Positions 1-12,544 are shown, counted from the first letter of the stretch. The stretch is 64,000 nucleotides of DNA from Ostrea edulis (GCF_947568905.1 NC_079172.1:70184001-70248000), one strand, 5' to 3'. Notes: generated from the letters alone by a model not told the origin. Numbers and translations: made by a program.

Positions 1-722
1 TCAGCTCTGACTTGATATATTCAGTTGTCTTGGTGACCACTTGTTTTTATACATTATCTAAAGTAAATATTCAAAATCATGTCTAATCATCATTATGAAA
101 TTTAATCTTTCATTCAGTTTTACAAAGTTACCAATATTATATAAGCATTGGAAAATAGACATTTTTATGAAAGTGGGAAAGGTATCGTGAATATGCATGT
201 TTGCTATACGTGTGCAATATTGTGTAAGTGATTTATAATTCCAATCAATATGTTAATGTATAATATACATGTACTACTTTTCTGAATACATGTATTTTGT
301 TATACTGTGTTGATAATACATTTAGATTCCTTCCATAGAGAAGGGACTGCCTTCCAGTAAGATGTTTATCTAGGGGTTTACTTAGTCTGGATTGCTTTTA
401 TGGATAAAATCTTGCAACATTTTATACAACACTTAGCATTTATATTGTTTGAAATTGTTTTTCCCTTTAATTTATCAGTATTCCTAATGTGCGATCATGT
501 GAATTATATTTTAAAGATTGTTACAGAGAATGCCCCCCCCCCCCCCCCCCTTAAGTTATGTTGTACAGTAATGTTCAATCTGTTAATGCCTATCAATCTG
601 TTAATGCCTATGTATTTTGAAAGATGTACATCTCCGTTCCCAAGATGAGGTTATTCACTACTATGTACAATGTGTGATGTCACTGTCATGGAACAGTTTC
701 CTCATTTTATTTTTCTATACAG

Positions 723-809
723 AATTTTAGAGGCTGCTATCTAGGAATTGCTGCATGTTGTTGTTATATTTGTGTTGTCTGTCTGTCCGTCTGTGTGGAC
801 TCCCTGTAG
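723..809 (+). CDS. Possible terminal exon of an upstream gene, Cys-rich hydrophobic tail (CYSTM-like?)
   Basis: Pyrimidine tract + AG at 721-722, then open frame NFRGCYLGIAACCCYICVVCLSVCVDSL* ending at TAG 807-809. No upstream exon identified. Confidence 0.25.
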   Translation, partial: NFRGCYLGIAACCCYICVVCLSVCVDSL

Positions 810-1020
810 ATGAATCCTTGTACTTCCTCTGAAGAGTAGAAGACGTCTATTGTTTTTCAGGACTACTTTGTAAGCAAGATAAAAACCAAAGTGTACAGTC
901 TTGGTTCTTTAAATTGAGTATTTTTCATGGAGAATAAATGACAGCTGTTGTTTTTCAGAGTCCAGTAAAAGGTCAAGGCCATAGGGCCACTTTATAGGCA
1001 AGATAAAATGTAAAGGATCA

Positions 1021-1491
1021 TTATACCTCCCGCAACAAAGTTGGGTGGGTGGGGGTATACTGGAATCAGGTCCGTCAGTAGACGCAATGGTTTCCGGGCT
1101 CTAAAGCGTTATCCTTTCCACCTACAGTCACCATATCATACATATGGACTACCCAAGGGACGAAGATGTTCCCTATTGAATTTGAGATCAAAGGTCAACA
1201 AGTGCACTGGACATCAAAGTAGCAATATGGTTTCTAGGCTCTAAAGCATCCTTTCCACCTACAGTCACCATATCATACATATGGACTACCCATGGGACGA
1301 AGATGTTCCCTATCAACTTTGGGGTCAAAAGGTCAAGCGCACTCCCAGAGAAGAGACTACCCAAGGTTTTGTCATGCCCTTTCTTTTCTACACTCAGGAA
1401 AAAGGTAATTTTTGAAGATTGGGGTAAGCTTCGGGGGGGGGGGGGGGGGGGGGGGTATTCTTAGTGAGCATTGCTCACAGTACCTCTTGTT
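1021..1491 (+). mobile_element. Non-autonomous Helentron/HINE-like element
   Basis: 5' TATACC..GGTATA hairpin, internal repeats (TTTCCACCTACAGTCACCATATCATACATATGGACTACCC), 3' GTGAGCATTGCTCAC palindrome. Homologous to 24341-24923. Confidence 0.75.
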
Positions 1492-3160
1492 AATCATGGT
1501 ACATACTCTGTCAGGAAAGATAAAAGAGACCCATTATTACTAAGGAAATAATGGTCACAGTGCCTCTTTGTAGGCAAAATACAAACTATGCAGTGTTCAA
1601 TGTAAACTTGATATTTTAATTATCCATTCGAAGAGAACAATTAAGGAGTATCATGATTTTAGTCAGAATAAAGAATAAAACTTTAAGGCCTTTATGTAAG
1701 GAAATGTTTAAGCAGTGAAGACAGCTAGATACAAAGTAAGTTTATGCTCTATATACTTAGTACAATGATACTGCTTTTGAAAGTCGGAGGTGAAAGGTCA
1801 AATATGTCTGGTCACTATGTAGAAAAAGGTCTTTTTCAGAGTGCAAATTTTGGGCTTATAATAATAAATACTTCAACACATTTCGACATTTGCCCAAAAT
1901 TAGATCATGCCTTATCTTCTGTTCCTAGGGTGAAGGTTATAGGATCACTAAAGAAACAAATATCAGGCAACCAATTATCAGAATTGAGGTCCCTTTAGCA
2001 GTGAATTTTCATGCTGTTGATGGACATCATTGGCAAGACTTGGTTTTATTCGTTAAAGGTTATATGTGAATGTCAAAGGTCATAAATTAGCTTTTACTGT
2101 TAATTTTCAACCTTACAAAGTAAAGCCTTAATCATACTAATATTTAGTCAGTTGAAAAGAAATAAATCGAAACTTAGTTGGGGCAAGATTTTCTTGTCAA
2201 GACTGACCTTTTTACGGGGGTGTGATTTTTCCTCTTTTCAGAGGAAATCCTCTGATTTGCTCAATTTTCGAAAAAATGAAACACTGATCTGGATTTGATC
2301 TAAAGTGGCAGAAAATGATATTTTTCCAGGTAGGGTGAGGTGTTTTCCTCCCTTTTTGAGCAGTTTTCCTCTGATTTCTGAGGAATTCAGTCACATCCCT
2401 GTAATTCTACAATAAGAATTTGTCTTGCCAGCGGTGGAAGCATTGTGATTATGTTTTGTTTCAGCAGTCATTTTATAAATCCTGTAAATAGTGGACTGTT
2501 GTTTATGAATTCAGGGATTTTGGTTTCCACTACAAGCATTGCCGTTTTTTTTTTGCCCATCATTCAGTCATCATCATTGTTGTATTTATTGCTTCATTTG
2601 AACATTTTCCAGTAGTTTACTCATATTGTAGATATGACTGTTGTGTATTTTATTATGTATAGGGCTGTTTTATCTAAATCATTAATTACCATCTGTACAG
2701 TAGTGATTTTTTTTGCATGATTTTAGAGAATACTTTTTGTTAATTGTTGCGCGTCTCTAATATTCACAGATAAAATTTCAAAAGAGTTTCGACAATGAAA
2801 ATTATATGATGAAAAAACCCACTTTTCTTCACGGCTTCTTTATTTCTGCGATTCACCTGTGGTAAACTGGTTTGCGGCAAGTAAATTTTGTGACCGAGCC
2901 TTAAATTTTGCAACAAATATGAGTTGACAGATATTCAAAGACTGGATCGGGACGAGAAATATTGGCGATGATGAGGTTCTCACGAATTTTGTGGAATTTT
3001 TTCGCACGGGAATAAAAAGTTGGTTTTCGGTAAATGCTCTGTGTATCTGTTATTATATAAGTACATAAACAGGTGTGAGAAGGGTCACAGATTATGTTAT
3101 TGTATCACTTATAATCAAAGGAAGCACTCAATTGTACAAAATTTTGGTCAAAGACCTCAA

Positions 3161-3638
3161 AGGGGTGTGGACACGATATTGGTACAATTTTTTTTTTTAG
3201 ATATTTAATTGATGATAGTATAGTAAAAATGCATGGCAACAACCCAAAATTTCAAAACCAAACACAAAGATATGTTAGATACCGCTATAAACTTTTCATT
3301 TTCAAGTGCCAAAGTTGACAGCTTTGGTGAAAAAAAAAAGAAGCTTTTACAACAAAAATAATTTCTGTTCTTTCTTCCTCGTGCTTAATTGCTTTCTAAA
3401 TTGGTTTATCATTAATGCATGTCGAAATTTGAATCCTTTTGACATATACTTTTTAGAAATCTTGGTGTTCTCATGTGGTTTCCTGGCTATGACAAGTGTG
3501 TTGAAAATCACGATTTTTATGTAACTACAAAGTATATCTGGCGTAAAAATGTTTTTAATCCACTTACTTGTAAAAGATCTTTATTTCTAAAACAAAATAC
3601 TGTCAATTTCAATCGATCAAAAATCTTGTCCATGGGCC
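3161..3638. mobile_element. MITE with short TIRs and TTAA-like flanks (Kolobok-like)
   Basis: AGGGGTGTGGACACGAT at left vs ATCTTGTCCATGGGCCT at right; flanks TCAA and TTAA. Confidence 0.4.
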
Positions 3639-3811
3639 TTTAAACTTTTTCATGAAGACTGAAATGTGACAAGCACCACAATGATCCCCTCTGTCAGCTG
3701 TCATGGTGGTTTATAACATTTTAGTACGATTATCTGAATTCAGCATAATTAAACATTCATTAATCACATTTATGTTTCTGGCAGCGTGAAATGAATTTTG
3801 AACACGAGTAG

Positions 3812-3820
3812 CCCCCCCCC

Positions 3821-3860
<40 letters not shown>
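3812..3860. repeat. Poly-C run (about 48 nt), the longest of many C/G homopolymers in the window
   Basis: Directly visible. Confidence 0.9.
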
Positions 3861-4860
3861 ATTTATTGATAGTATACAATATTATTCAAGTCCTGTCATG
3901 TATATTATTCAGGTCCTGTCATGTATATTATTCGAGTCCTGTCAGGCAGTTTTTAGCCACTGCATGCTTTTGTTGATTTCATCACAATAATGGCATTGGT
4001 TTCAAATAGTGTGCATATTTATTCTGGGTGATGCCTTCATTTTCTAGCTCCCCAAAGTTGCTGCGTGTTTTTCAGATTGAAGTTGAAGCCTGTATAGACA
4101 GTCTGTATAAGCCTTTTCCATTTTTTACTTTTTTTTGTACCAATTTCAAACACAGCTTAAACATGTACAATGGTGTGCAGTTTCTTGTATTCAGTTGCAT
4201 TTAAACAGATGAGAAGTATCTAATGACTGCAAAGAAATCAATATAATAATCAAGCTAGGGCTCTTGAGTATTAAACAGAAAAATGAATCGCAGCTAGAAT
4301 GAAAATTTATACTCGAGAGCATCGTTTGTCAAATTCATATGCAAACATGTATAGATTATTTGTAGACATTTGGGTCAATTTCGACTGGTAGACCCCAACA
4401 TCAGTAAATAAAATGTATTGACTTATAAGACTCCAGAGTCTGTTTCAACCTGTAGGTGAAAGGAAGTATCTAAAAAAGTAATTCTGTAACCAATGAGAAT
4501 GGAATTTCTCATTATTTATTATAACATCTTTACATACTGTTACATAGACTACAATTTGGATAATTCAGAAACCCTTCTGTGAAAAATCATGTTGATATTG
4601 AAGTGGAAAAATCTGCAATAATGTAAATGTAATAGTCAATATTATGTAATGTATTTTCAAATTTGACTTTGGCGACTATTTCAAAATTGATGAGATTTCC
4701 TTTTTAAGGTGAGCCTGATGAACCACTAGCCTGTTTAATCTGAATCATTATGTTATTGTATATGATATTTGTATGTAATTGTGTTATTTGCACCATTATG
4801 TTGAAATGTGAATTGAAATAAAAACCCGTCTGAGATGTCGTGTCTGTTGATTGCTCTTTC

Positions 4861-4979
4861 AAGCTAACCTGATCAATGGGGGCTGAAGCAGGGTGGCAAG
4901 CTAACGTACCGGATCAATGGGGGCTGAAAAAGGGTGGCAAGCTAACGTACCTGATCAATGGGGGCTGAAGCAGGGTGGC
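4861..4979. repeat. About 41-bp tandem repeat x3
   Basis: AAGCTAACGTACCTGATCAATGGGGGCTGAAGCAGGGTGGC repeated three times with small variants. Confidence 0.85.
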
Positions 4980-5162
4980 TTTCAGCAGTTCTTTGTAAAA
5001 TTGCAGTGCTTGTTTACCATGTGATTAAATTAGCAGCCAGTCATATTTGCTGACTTAACAAAATGACTAAAATAGCTTTACAGCACATAAAATCACTTTT
5101 TGTTGTTATTTTGACATTTTTACAATTTCTTTTGTTTACATAGATACACTGTAAGTAAGTAT

Positions 5163-5272
5163 CACAGGCACTTGTTTCTGTAAATAACTTACGACCTCTG
5201 TATACATACCAATAATAACACTATTATTAGTATACAGAGGTCGTAAGTTATTTACAGAAACAAGTGCCTGTG
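5163..5272. mobile_element. 110-bp hairpin MITE, CACAGGCA termini, 8-bp TSD
   Basis: Perfect 43-bp inverted arms 5163-5205 and 5230-5272; flanks GTAAGTAT / GGAAGTAT (1 mismatch). Confidence 0.75.
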
Positions 5273-5344
5273 GGAAGTATGTATAAATAATTCATGCCGA
5301 AGAAATTGAACATACTTTTCATCAAAGTTGATGGGAGGTCACTT

Positions 5345-6654
5345 TTTTCCTATATATTTGTATGTAAAACTTTGATCCCCTATTGTGGCCCCATCCAACC
5401 CCAGGCGCCCATGATTTGAACAAACTTGAATCTGCATTATGTCAGGAAGCTTTCATGTAAATCTCAGCTTTTCTGGCTTAGTGGTTCTTGAGAAGAAGAT
5501 TTTAAAAGTTTTTCCCTATATATTTGTGTGCAAAACTTTGATCCCCCCCTTGGGGCCCCATCCTATCCCCGGGGGCCATGATTTGAACAAACTTGAATCT
5601 GCACTATGTCAGGAAGTTTTCATGTAAAAATCAGCTTTTCTGACTCAGTGGTTCTTGAGAAGAAGATTTTTAAAGATTTTTCCTATATATTTGTATGTAA
5701 AACTTTGATCCCCTATTGTGGTCCCATCCAACCCCCGGGGCCCATGATTTGAACAAACTTGAATCTGCATTATGTCAGGAAGCTTTCATGTAAATCTCAG
5801 CTTTTCTGGCTTAGTGGTTCTTGAGAAGATTTTTAAAGTTTTTCCCTATATATTTGTGTATAAAACTTTGATCCCCCTTGGGGCCCCATCTTATCCCCGG
5901 GGGCCATGATTTGAACAAACTTGAATCTGCACTATGTCAGAAAGTTTTCATGTAAAAATCAGCTTTTCTGGCTTAGTGGTTCTTGAGAAGAAGATTTTTC
6001 CTATATATTTGTATGTAAAACTTTGATCCCCTATTGTGGCCCCATCCAACCCCAGGGGCCCATGATTTGAACAAACTTGAATCTGCATTATGTCAGGAAG
6101 CTTTCTTGTAAATCTCAGCTTTTCTGGCTTAGTGGTTCTTGAGAAGAAGATTTTAAAAGTTTTTCCCTATATATTTGTGTGCAAAACTTTGATCCCCTCT
6201 TGGGGCCCCATCCTATCCCCGGGGGCCATGATTTGAACTAACTTGAATCTGCAATAAAGTAAGTAATTTTATTTATTATAGTGGCATGTGTACATATATT
6301 CATACATCCAATTTTATCACAATACACAAATCAATAAACACCCGGCCCATCGGGCCTATATGCCACTTTAAACATTGATATAGTATATAATGCAAATAAT
6401 TGCGCATAATAACATTTTCTATAATTATATATACATACATGTGTATACATGTATAATAAGTATATAATGTATAAATGCAATATGTCAGGAAGCTTTCAGG
6501 TAAATTTCAGCTCTTCTGGCCCAGTGGTTCTTGAGAAGAAGATTTTTAAATGACCCCACCCTATTTTTGCATTTTTGTGATTATCTCCCCTTTGAAAGGG
6601 ACATGGCCCTTCATTTGAACAAACTTGAAAGCCCTTCACCCAAGGATGCTTTTG

Positions 6655-6694
<40 letters not shown>

Positions 6695-6787
6695 TCGAAA
6701 ATGTGAAAAGTTTCCAGACAGACGGACGCCGGACAAAATGTGATCAGAATAGCTCACTTGAACCTTCGGTTCAGGTGAGCTAAAAAA
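5345..6787 (+). repeat. Cg170/HindIII-like 166-167 bp satellite array with a Helentron/HINE-type end
   Basis: About 6.5 monomers (AAACTTTGATCCCC at about 5367, 5534, 5701, 5865, 6019, 6185) containing AAGCTTTCATGTAAA..GTGGTTCTTGAGAAGAAGATT. Ends in CAGACAGACGGACG and the AGCTCACTTGAACCTTCGGTTCAGGTGAGCT hairpin. Family name from recalled oyster satellite sequence. Confidence 0.8.
6257..6475 (-). mobile_element. Short 5'-truncated LINE 3' end inserted in a satellite monomer
   Basis: Interrupts GAATCTGCA|ATATGTCAGG with a 7-bp TSD TGCAATA (6250-6256, 6476-6482); similar to the 3' UTR/tail at 43395-43570. Confidence 0.65.
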
Positions 6788-6806
6788 TGATAAGCAATAA
6801 ATTTCA

Positions 6807-7490
6807 TTTTTATACGCCCGCATAAAAATATGGGTATATTATGCTATACCGCTGTCGTCCGTCCCTTTATCTTTGTCTTCGCAACTCCTCCTAAACTCTT
6901 TGGAGGATTTTAATGAAACTTGGTACAAAGATTTGAGATCACAATGTGGAGCTGTGCATATAATTGCAAGGGGAATGCTGTCCAATGCTTTTAAAGGAGT
7001 TGTGGACCTTGGACTTATTTTTTTCTATATTCAAAATACTTTATCTTTGCAACTTCTCTTAAACCCTTTGTGGGATTTTTAACGAATTTTCATAGAAAGA
7101 AAGATCACAATGTGGAGGTGTGCATACTGCAAAGGGAATGCTATCAAACTTTTTAAAAAAGGATCTTGGACTTGGTTTTTTCTTTCTATTCACAATGTGG
7201 AGATGTGCATATTACAAGGGGAATGCTGCACCACTATTTTTGAAGGAGTTGGGGCCCTTGGACTTAGATTTATTTTATGCAAGTACCTTGTCTTCGCAAC
7301 TCCTCTTAAACCCCTTGGGGATTTCAATGAAACTTGGTACAAAGGAAGATCACAATGTGTAGATGTGCATATTACAAGGGAAATGCTGTCCCACTATTTT
7401 TGAAGGAGTTACAGCCCTTGGACTTGGATTTAATTAATGCAAAATACATTCAACTTGTTATTGCAACTCCGACGAAATCCTTTTGTGGAT
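6807..7490 (+). mobile_element. HINE-like element with degenerate internal tandem repeats
   Basis: TTTTTATACGCCCG..GGGTATA 5' hairpin, CGTCCGTCC motif, repeated GATCACAATGTGGA..GTGCATA..CAAGGGGAATGCT units. Confidence 0.6.
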
Positions 7491-7648
7491 TTAATGGTAC
7501 TGTCAAAAAAATGTTAAACAATGATAATAAAGCCTGTGGCCTGTTAACTTGTTAATTGTCTTTTGCTGTGGTGCATATAGTTTTTGGTCTGTCTGTTTAT
7601 CTGTGGAAAAAAATTAAACCTCAGCCATGTGTATGATGAAGTTATAGC

Positions 7649-7759
7649 CACAGGCACTCGATGTTTTAAATATCTATAATTAAAAAAATTGTCTTTCTGT
7701 AAACATAATATATAAATAATTTTTTTTATTATAGATATTTAAATCGTCGAATGCCTGTG
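7649..7759. mobile_element. 111-bp hairpin MITE, CACAGGCA termini, perfect 8-bp TSD
   Basis: CACAGGCA...TGCCTGTG flanked by GTTATAGC at 7641-7648 and 7760-7767. Confidence 0.75.
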
Positions 7760-8489
7760 GTTATAGCCTATGGGCTTACATTTTGTCTTTGCAATTTAAT
7801 ACCTTGATTTTGCAATTCGTAGAACATTTCATATTGATCCAAATTATTATCCTTTATATGGATTGTATGCTATAATATGTATATCATGTACCGGTTTAGC
7901 GGTGCCCTATGAGTGTAGGCAGTTGTAATGATTCACTTTAAACAATCTTTGTGTAGAGATCTCCTTCATTCGTGTGACAGACGTTTAATGGTTCACTCAC
8001 AGAGAAAAGCTACATTTTAAAAAGACTATTATATCTCCGACAGGAACTGCAACGCGCCACGCTAGCGCTTCATGAAGAATGCTGGAGACGCGGAGTGTCG
8101 TACCCTCATGTATTTTAAAATTTTCAATTTATTTGATACATTCTCAAGAGGGATGTTGAGCAATATGTACAATCAATCAATCAATTTATTTCTTAAATAC
8201 ATTTAAAAAGAGAATATGCTTATAAACATTTATATCAAGTCATCTGCTCAGAAAAGCAAGGAACACCATTGAAGGCAATCTGATTAAAATTAGACCCTTC
8301 CACACCTGTGTAGCGATGGTAGATGAGTGGATCAACCGATAATGCAGGACTGCAAATTATAACCTTCATTCAATGCATCTAATACGATTAGTAAGCACAT
8401 GTTTTCTGATTAATTCTAAACATATCAAGTTAATACATCTTGCAGCTGAATACATATATATTATTACTACAGATTCGGATCACATCGAG

Positions 8490-8562
8490 TTGACAGGCAC
8501 GGATCATCAGATCACACGAGACGCGAAGCGTCGAGTTTGATCTGATGATCCGTGCCTGTCAA
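8490..8562. repeat. Perfect 25-bp inverted repeat, probably the core of a MITE
   Basis: TTGACAGGCACGGATCATCAGATCA (8490-8514) and its exact reverse complement (8538-8562), with a small GACGC-GAA-GCGTC hairpin in the spacer. Confidence 0.8.
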
Positions 8563-9002
8563 TGAGACGTGATCCAACTCTTCGGATCAAGTTACTTTAG
8601 TAATGATAAATTTATTATATACCCCCTTCTGCATTTTAAATCCACATTTATAAGATACTAAATGTAATCCAAATTATCAAAAACACAGACATACCATGAA
8701 ATTATGTTTTGTGTACGCAGTTTTGTTTTGTGACGCGGTCAACATTTTCCACAAATAACGTTGCGTTTATGTATTGTGACGGCATCAGTTTCAGAGGATA
8801 CTGATACGGAATCAGAAAACCACAGTGTGGTGATCCGCAAAACCGGATCACACGCTGTGAAATCCACAGTATCAACGAACGATACATTGATAGGTATATA
8901 ATAAACATACAGATCGCATGCAGACACAATAAAAGTTAAAGTTACATGTTTACAGTCGTATGTTTGCAAGAAGTTCAGTTTGCATAAATTTCATATTCAG
9001 TT

Positions 9003-9520
9003 TCACGATCAGTATAACCATAATAAACCTAGCTATTGCACCACAATGATTTTTATAGTGATTAATCATACATTAATACGTTGACTTAAATCAATTCGCC
9101 ATAGTCCTATGTTTACACTTGTTAAAACATCAGATAATTAGGATTAAGCACCGATATGAATTTTACAAAGATTTTATAGCAAATAATCATTCTGTCAATA
9201 GATTTTACGCATTAAAACATCAGACAATCAAAGAATATAGCACCAATATGACTTTTACAATAATTTTTATAGCAATTAATCACCTATTAATATGTATAGT
9301 TAATTGACAATAGTCCAATATTTACAGATTAAAACATCAGGCAATAAAAGGATCTAGCACCGATATGACTTTTACAATGATTTTTATAATCATTTCATAA
9401 TCAATACGTTTATATAGTTAAGTGACAATTTCAACTATTAATCACTCTATTAATACGTTTAGTTAATCGAGTCCAATGTTTACCCACTAAAACATCATAC
9501 AATAAAAGGATCCAGCACTT
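9003..9520. repeat. Degenerate 90-160 bp tandem duplication overlapping the PGAP4 stop codon and 3' UTR
   Basis: AAACATCA..AAT.AAAGGAT..AGCAC motif at about 9124, 9214, 9331 and 9490; the last copy encodes VLDPFIV* on the minus strand. Confidence 0.6.
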
Positions 9521-10691
9521 GGTCTCTTAGTGAAGAATACATTCCTATATGCGTAAAGAGATTGGGCTGAATTAACAAAGCTCGTAAACTTGGAGATTGT
9601 TTACGTAATTTATCAATGGCTGTGTCTTTTCCAAATCCACTTTTACAAGTCACAGATTTAAGATATGATGAGACAGTGTTAAATCCGGACCTTGTGTAAA
9701 CAATGGCTGGCGTGCAACAGGATGGCGCCGGGGTCACCTGGTACAGATATTTGGAGATCCGCCTGATGGCAGAGAAATTTTGTCTCCCCACGGCAAGCAC
9801 AAATAGGCAGGAGTACACAAAGAATCCCAGCCATATTATTTTTCTATGTTTTGCATCAATTGGACGAATGGTCAAATATGCCTTCACAAAAAACGTAGTT
9901 AGAATTAATCCTAAACAAAACAGCTCTGGCAGACGTTCCTTCTCTAGACTGATGAAGCCTAGCAGACGGTCAGGGTGATACAGTTTAATGAAGGTGATGT
10001 TGGACTGGTGTGGTTTTCTTTCCCCCAGTCCCAAGGAATAAAGATGGTGGTCAACGACGGAAACCATGTCGTCGTTTGGCAATGCATCGTCTTCCATCAG
10101 GAGAACGTTGGAAACATTTCGTTTTAATGTTTCTTCTCCACAGTACACGTAGTCTTGCTTCTCTTTTTCCAGGGTTTGGTCGACGGATCTTTCAAATAAC
10201 GGTCGTGATGATGAGTTTGGAAACCTGCTGAATGTTGTCACTAATTTTGTCAGAGGTTCGAGCTCAAAGTAAGAAAAAGGTTCGTCATCAACGTTACAGA
10301 TGAATAAGCGATACGACAGTTTTGAATGTTCGGCTGCCTGGATCAGCTGAAGAGATTTACTCACGACCTGCGTAAGGTACTTTGGTTCGTACTGATCAAG
10401 CTTGTGGCGATTGCGAGACACTGTTATGACAGTGATACCTACATCAACCGGTTTTTGTATGGAGAGTTCACCTCTAGAAATCTCATACTGGGTTATAAAG
10501 TTCTTAGCTTCACTGATTCTCTGATTGTTCACATTCCTCATCAGCTCCTGTGTGTGAGACTTCTCCTTATGCCATAGCCTATCATAAACTGTGTACCGGT
10601 GTTTTAGGGATAATAAAGGCAATGCAATGAAAAATGTCACCAGAGCAAGTAATCCTAAATGTTTCCAAAATCTGAAAAAGATCTGCACCAT
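9495..10691 (-). CDS. PGAP4: GPI-N-acetylgalactosamine transferase PGAP4 / TMEM246 homologue, 398 aa, single coding exon
   Basis: N-terminal TM helix, VITVSR, EKEKQDYVYC, VLLMEDDALP, IKLYHPDRL, two internal hydrophobic segments, PAPSCCTPA and NLFTHIGMYSSLR match recalled PGAP4 motifs. A splice acceptor lies about 40 nt upstream of the ATG. Confidence 0.9.
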   Translation of the reverse strand: MVQIFFRFWKHLGLLALVTFFIALPLLSLKHRYTVYDRLWHKEKSHTQELMRNVNNQRISEAKNFITQYEISRGELSIQKPVDVGITVITVSRNRHKLDQYEPKYLTQVVSKSLQLIQAAEHSKLSYRLFICNVDDEPFSYFELEPLTKLVTTFSRFPNSSSRPLFERSVDQTLEKEKQDYVYCGEETLKRNVSNVLLMEDDALPNDDMVSVVDHHLYSLGLGERKPHQSNITFIKLYHPDRLLGFISLEKERLPELFCLGLILTTFFVKAYLTIRPIDAKHRKIIWLGFFVYSCLFVLAVGRQNFSAIRRISKYLYQVTPAPSCCTPAIVYTRSGFNTVSSYLKSVTCKSGFGKDTAIDKLRKQSPSLRALLIQPNLFTHIGMYSSLRDQVLDPFIV

Positions 10692-11219
10692 TTCAACATC
10701 ACAGGATGGCCGCCTTTGACAAGTTTAACCTGCAAAAAAAATAATAATAATGCTAAGATTTACATGCATTAAATGGACAAAGTTTTAAACCTTTTTTCTG
10801 CATTCATAGATTATGATAATTAGATACTCCCTATTCCAATATCAATAAAATTCATTCATTTCATTGGTTGTGGAACCTTGGTCCGATACAAGAACACACA
10901 CACACATTGCATGCACACACACACACATGCATTGCACGCACACACACATGCACACATACAAAACAGAGTACAGTAAGTTTTGCAAAGTCAGATTAAGAAA
11001 TACATCTATTGATTTGTTTTTTTTTTTTGGTCTCTCTCTTACTGCAATAAAATTTCCTGCATATTTATTTATGTGACAGGACAGATGGTGACAAAGCGAG
11101 TTCTCTGGGTAAACCCCCACACATGAAATGGTTCACGAATGTTAGAAGCTGCAGAACTGTAGCTCAGGTGGACGCGACAATGATAAACCTGAGAGCTACC
11201 GACCCAACTTGTCACAGTA

Positions 11220-11400
11220 AAGATTTTAATACCTAAAACAATAGTAACAATGAAAAACCAGAAAGTTAACGATCCCACTTATCACAGAATCTAGATTTTA
11301 ACACCTGTAACAATGATAAACCAGAGAGTTAACGATCCCACTTATCACAGAATCTAGATTTTAACACCTAAAACAATAGTAACAATGATAAACCAGATAG
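11220..11400. repeat. Short 60-70 bp tandem duplication (2-3 copies)
   Basis: AACAATGATAAACCAGA..GTTAACGATCCCACTTATCACAGAATCTAGATTTTAACACCT repeated. Confidence 0.75.
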
Positions 11401-12544
11401 CTATATACAGATCCAAACATTATGAAAAACTTTTCCAGGTGTAATGATTTTAATGATTTATAAATTCATAACAATCACTTCCTCAGTACACTGCTCATAA
11501 AAAAACCCCACCTCTTATGAGGTATGATTTTACCATCTAAAGAGTGATACAAGCTCTCAGTTATTCTATATGAATTTTTTGTGATTTATCCCGGAATGAT
11601 AAAAACAGTTGTTTTGTTAATTGCCACCCCTTTAGAGATTCTACCAAGTTTTGCTATGTTTTGGTGCATCAGATATGAATATCTAACAAAACAGAACTAA
11701 AAGACTCAGATATAGATATTCTAATTTTTTAGAAAAAAAATATTTACACAAATTGAAAACGATATTTGTTAATATTTATAATTTTTAAATCTACAGATAA
11801 AACTTTAAAAAACATGTCAATTAGACAAGAGATATATCAAAGAAACATATTATAAAAAGAAACTAAAATCAATATCAATTATTAACACCCAATTTTTTTT
11901 TTCAGTTGAATATTTTAAATATGAAATAATCCATAGTTGTATTAAAAAACAACTGCTTGTGGAGGTTTAAACATTTTATCAAATTCAAGGTTCTAAAATA
12001 CCAAATCTAATTTTCAACACTCAAGAATTTATTTTATATCTAGTAGTATCCAAAAAGAGCAAAAAGGAGCACAAATGCACTTAGAGATAAGATAATGAGT
12101 ATATTAGTGTCTGCAGAGTGTAGATATCTACTAGTTCTCTCACTGTGTACTTCCTCGTCCATTCAGATTAATTATACTTCATTCATTGGCTTACAAAGTT
12201 GAGTTAGCCTTGTTATCGATAAAGTGATTTGAAAATTTGTATCGCGTAATATGAGTGTTTAACAAGTTTAACTTTAATGTGTTTCAGAAATTATATGTAA
12301 AATATTTTTATTGAAAGTGATATTCTAAGTTTAAACTTTTAATTAAAGACAGTTTAATTTTAATGTAGATTTAGACCGAGTTTTAAGTAGAGAAAAAGTT
12401 TAATAAAATAAGTCATATAATGATGGACAGTACATGAATACAATTATACATGTGCATTGTCTCATTATTGATTTGTTATATTCGTATTATGGGGAAGACA
12501 TATACAATAAATCTTCAAGTAGATAATCAAATGGCAAAACACAT

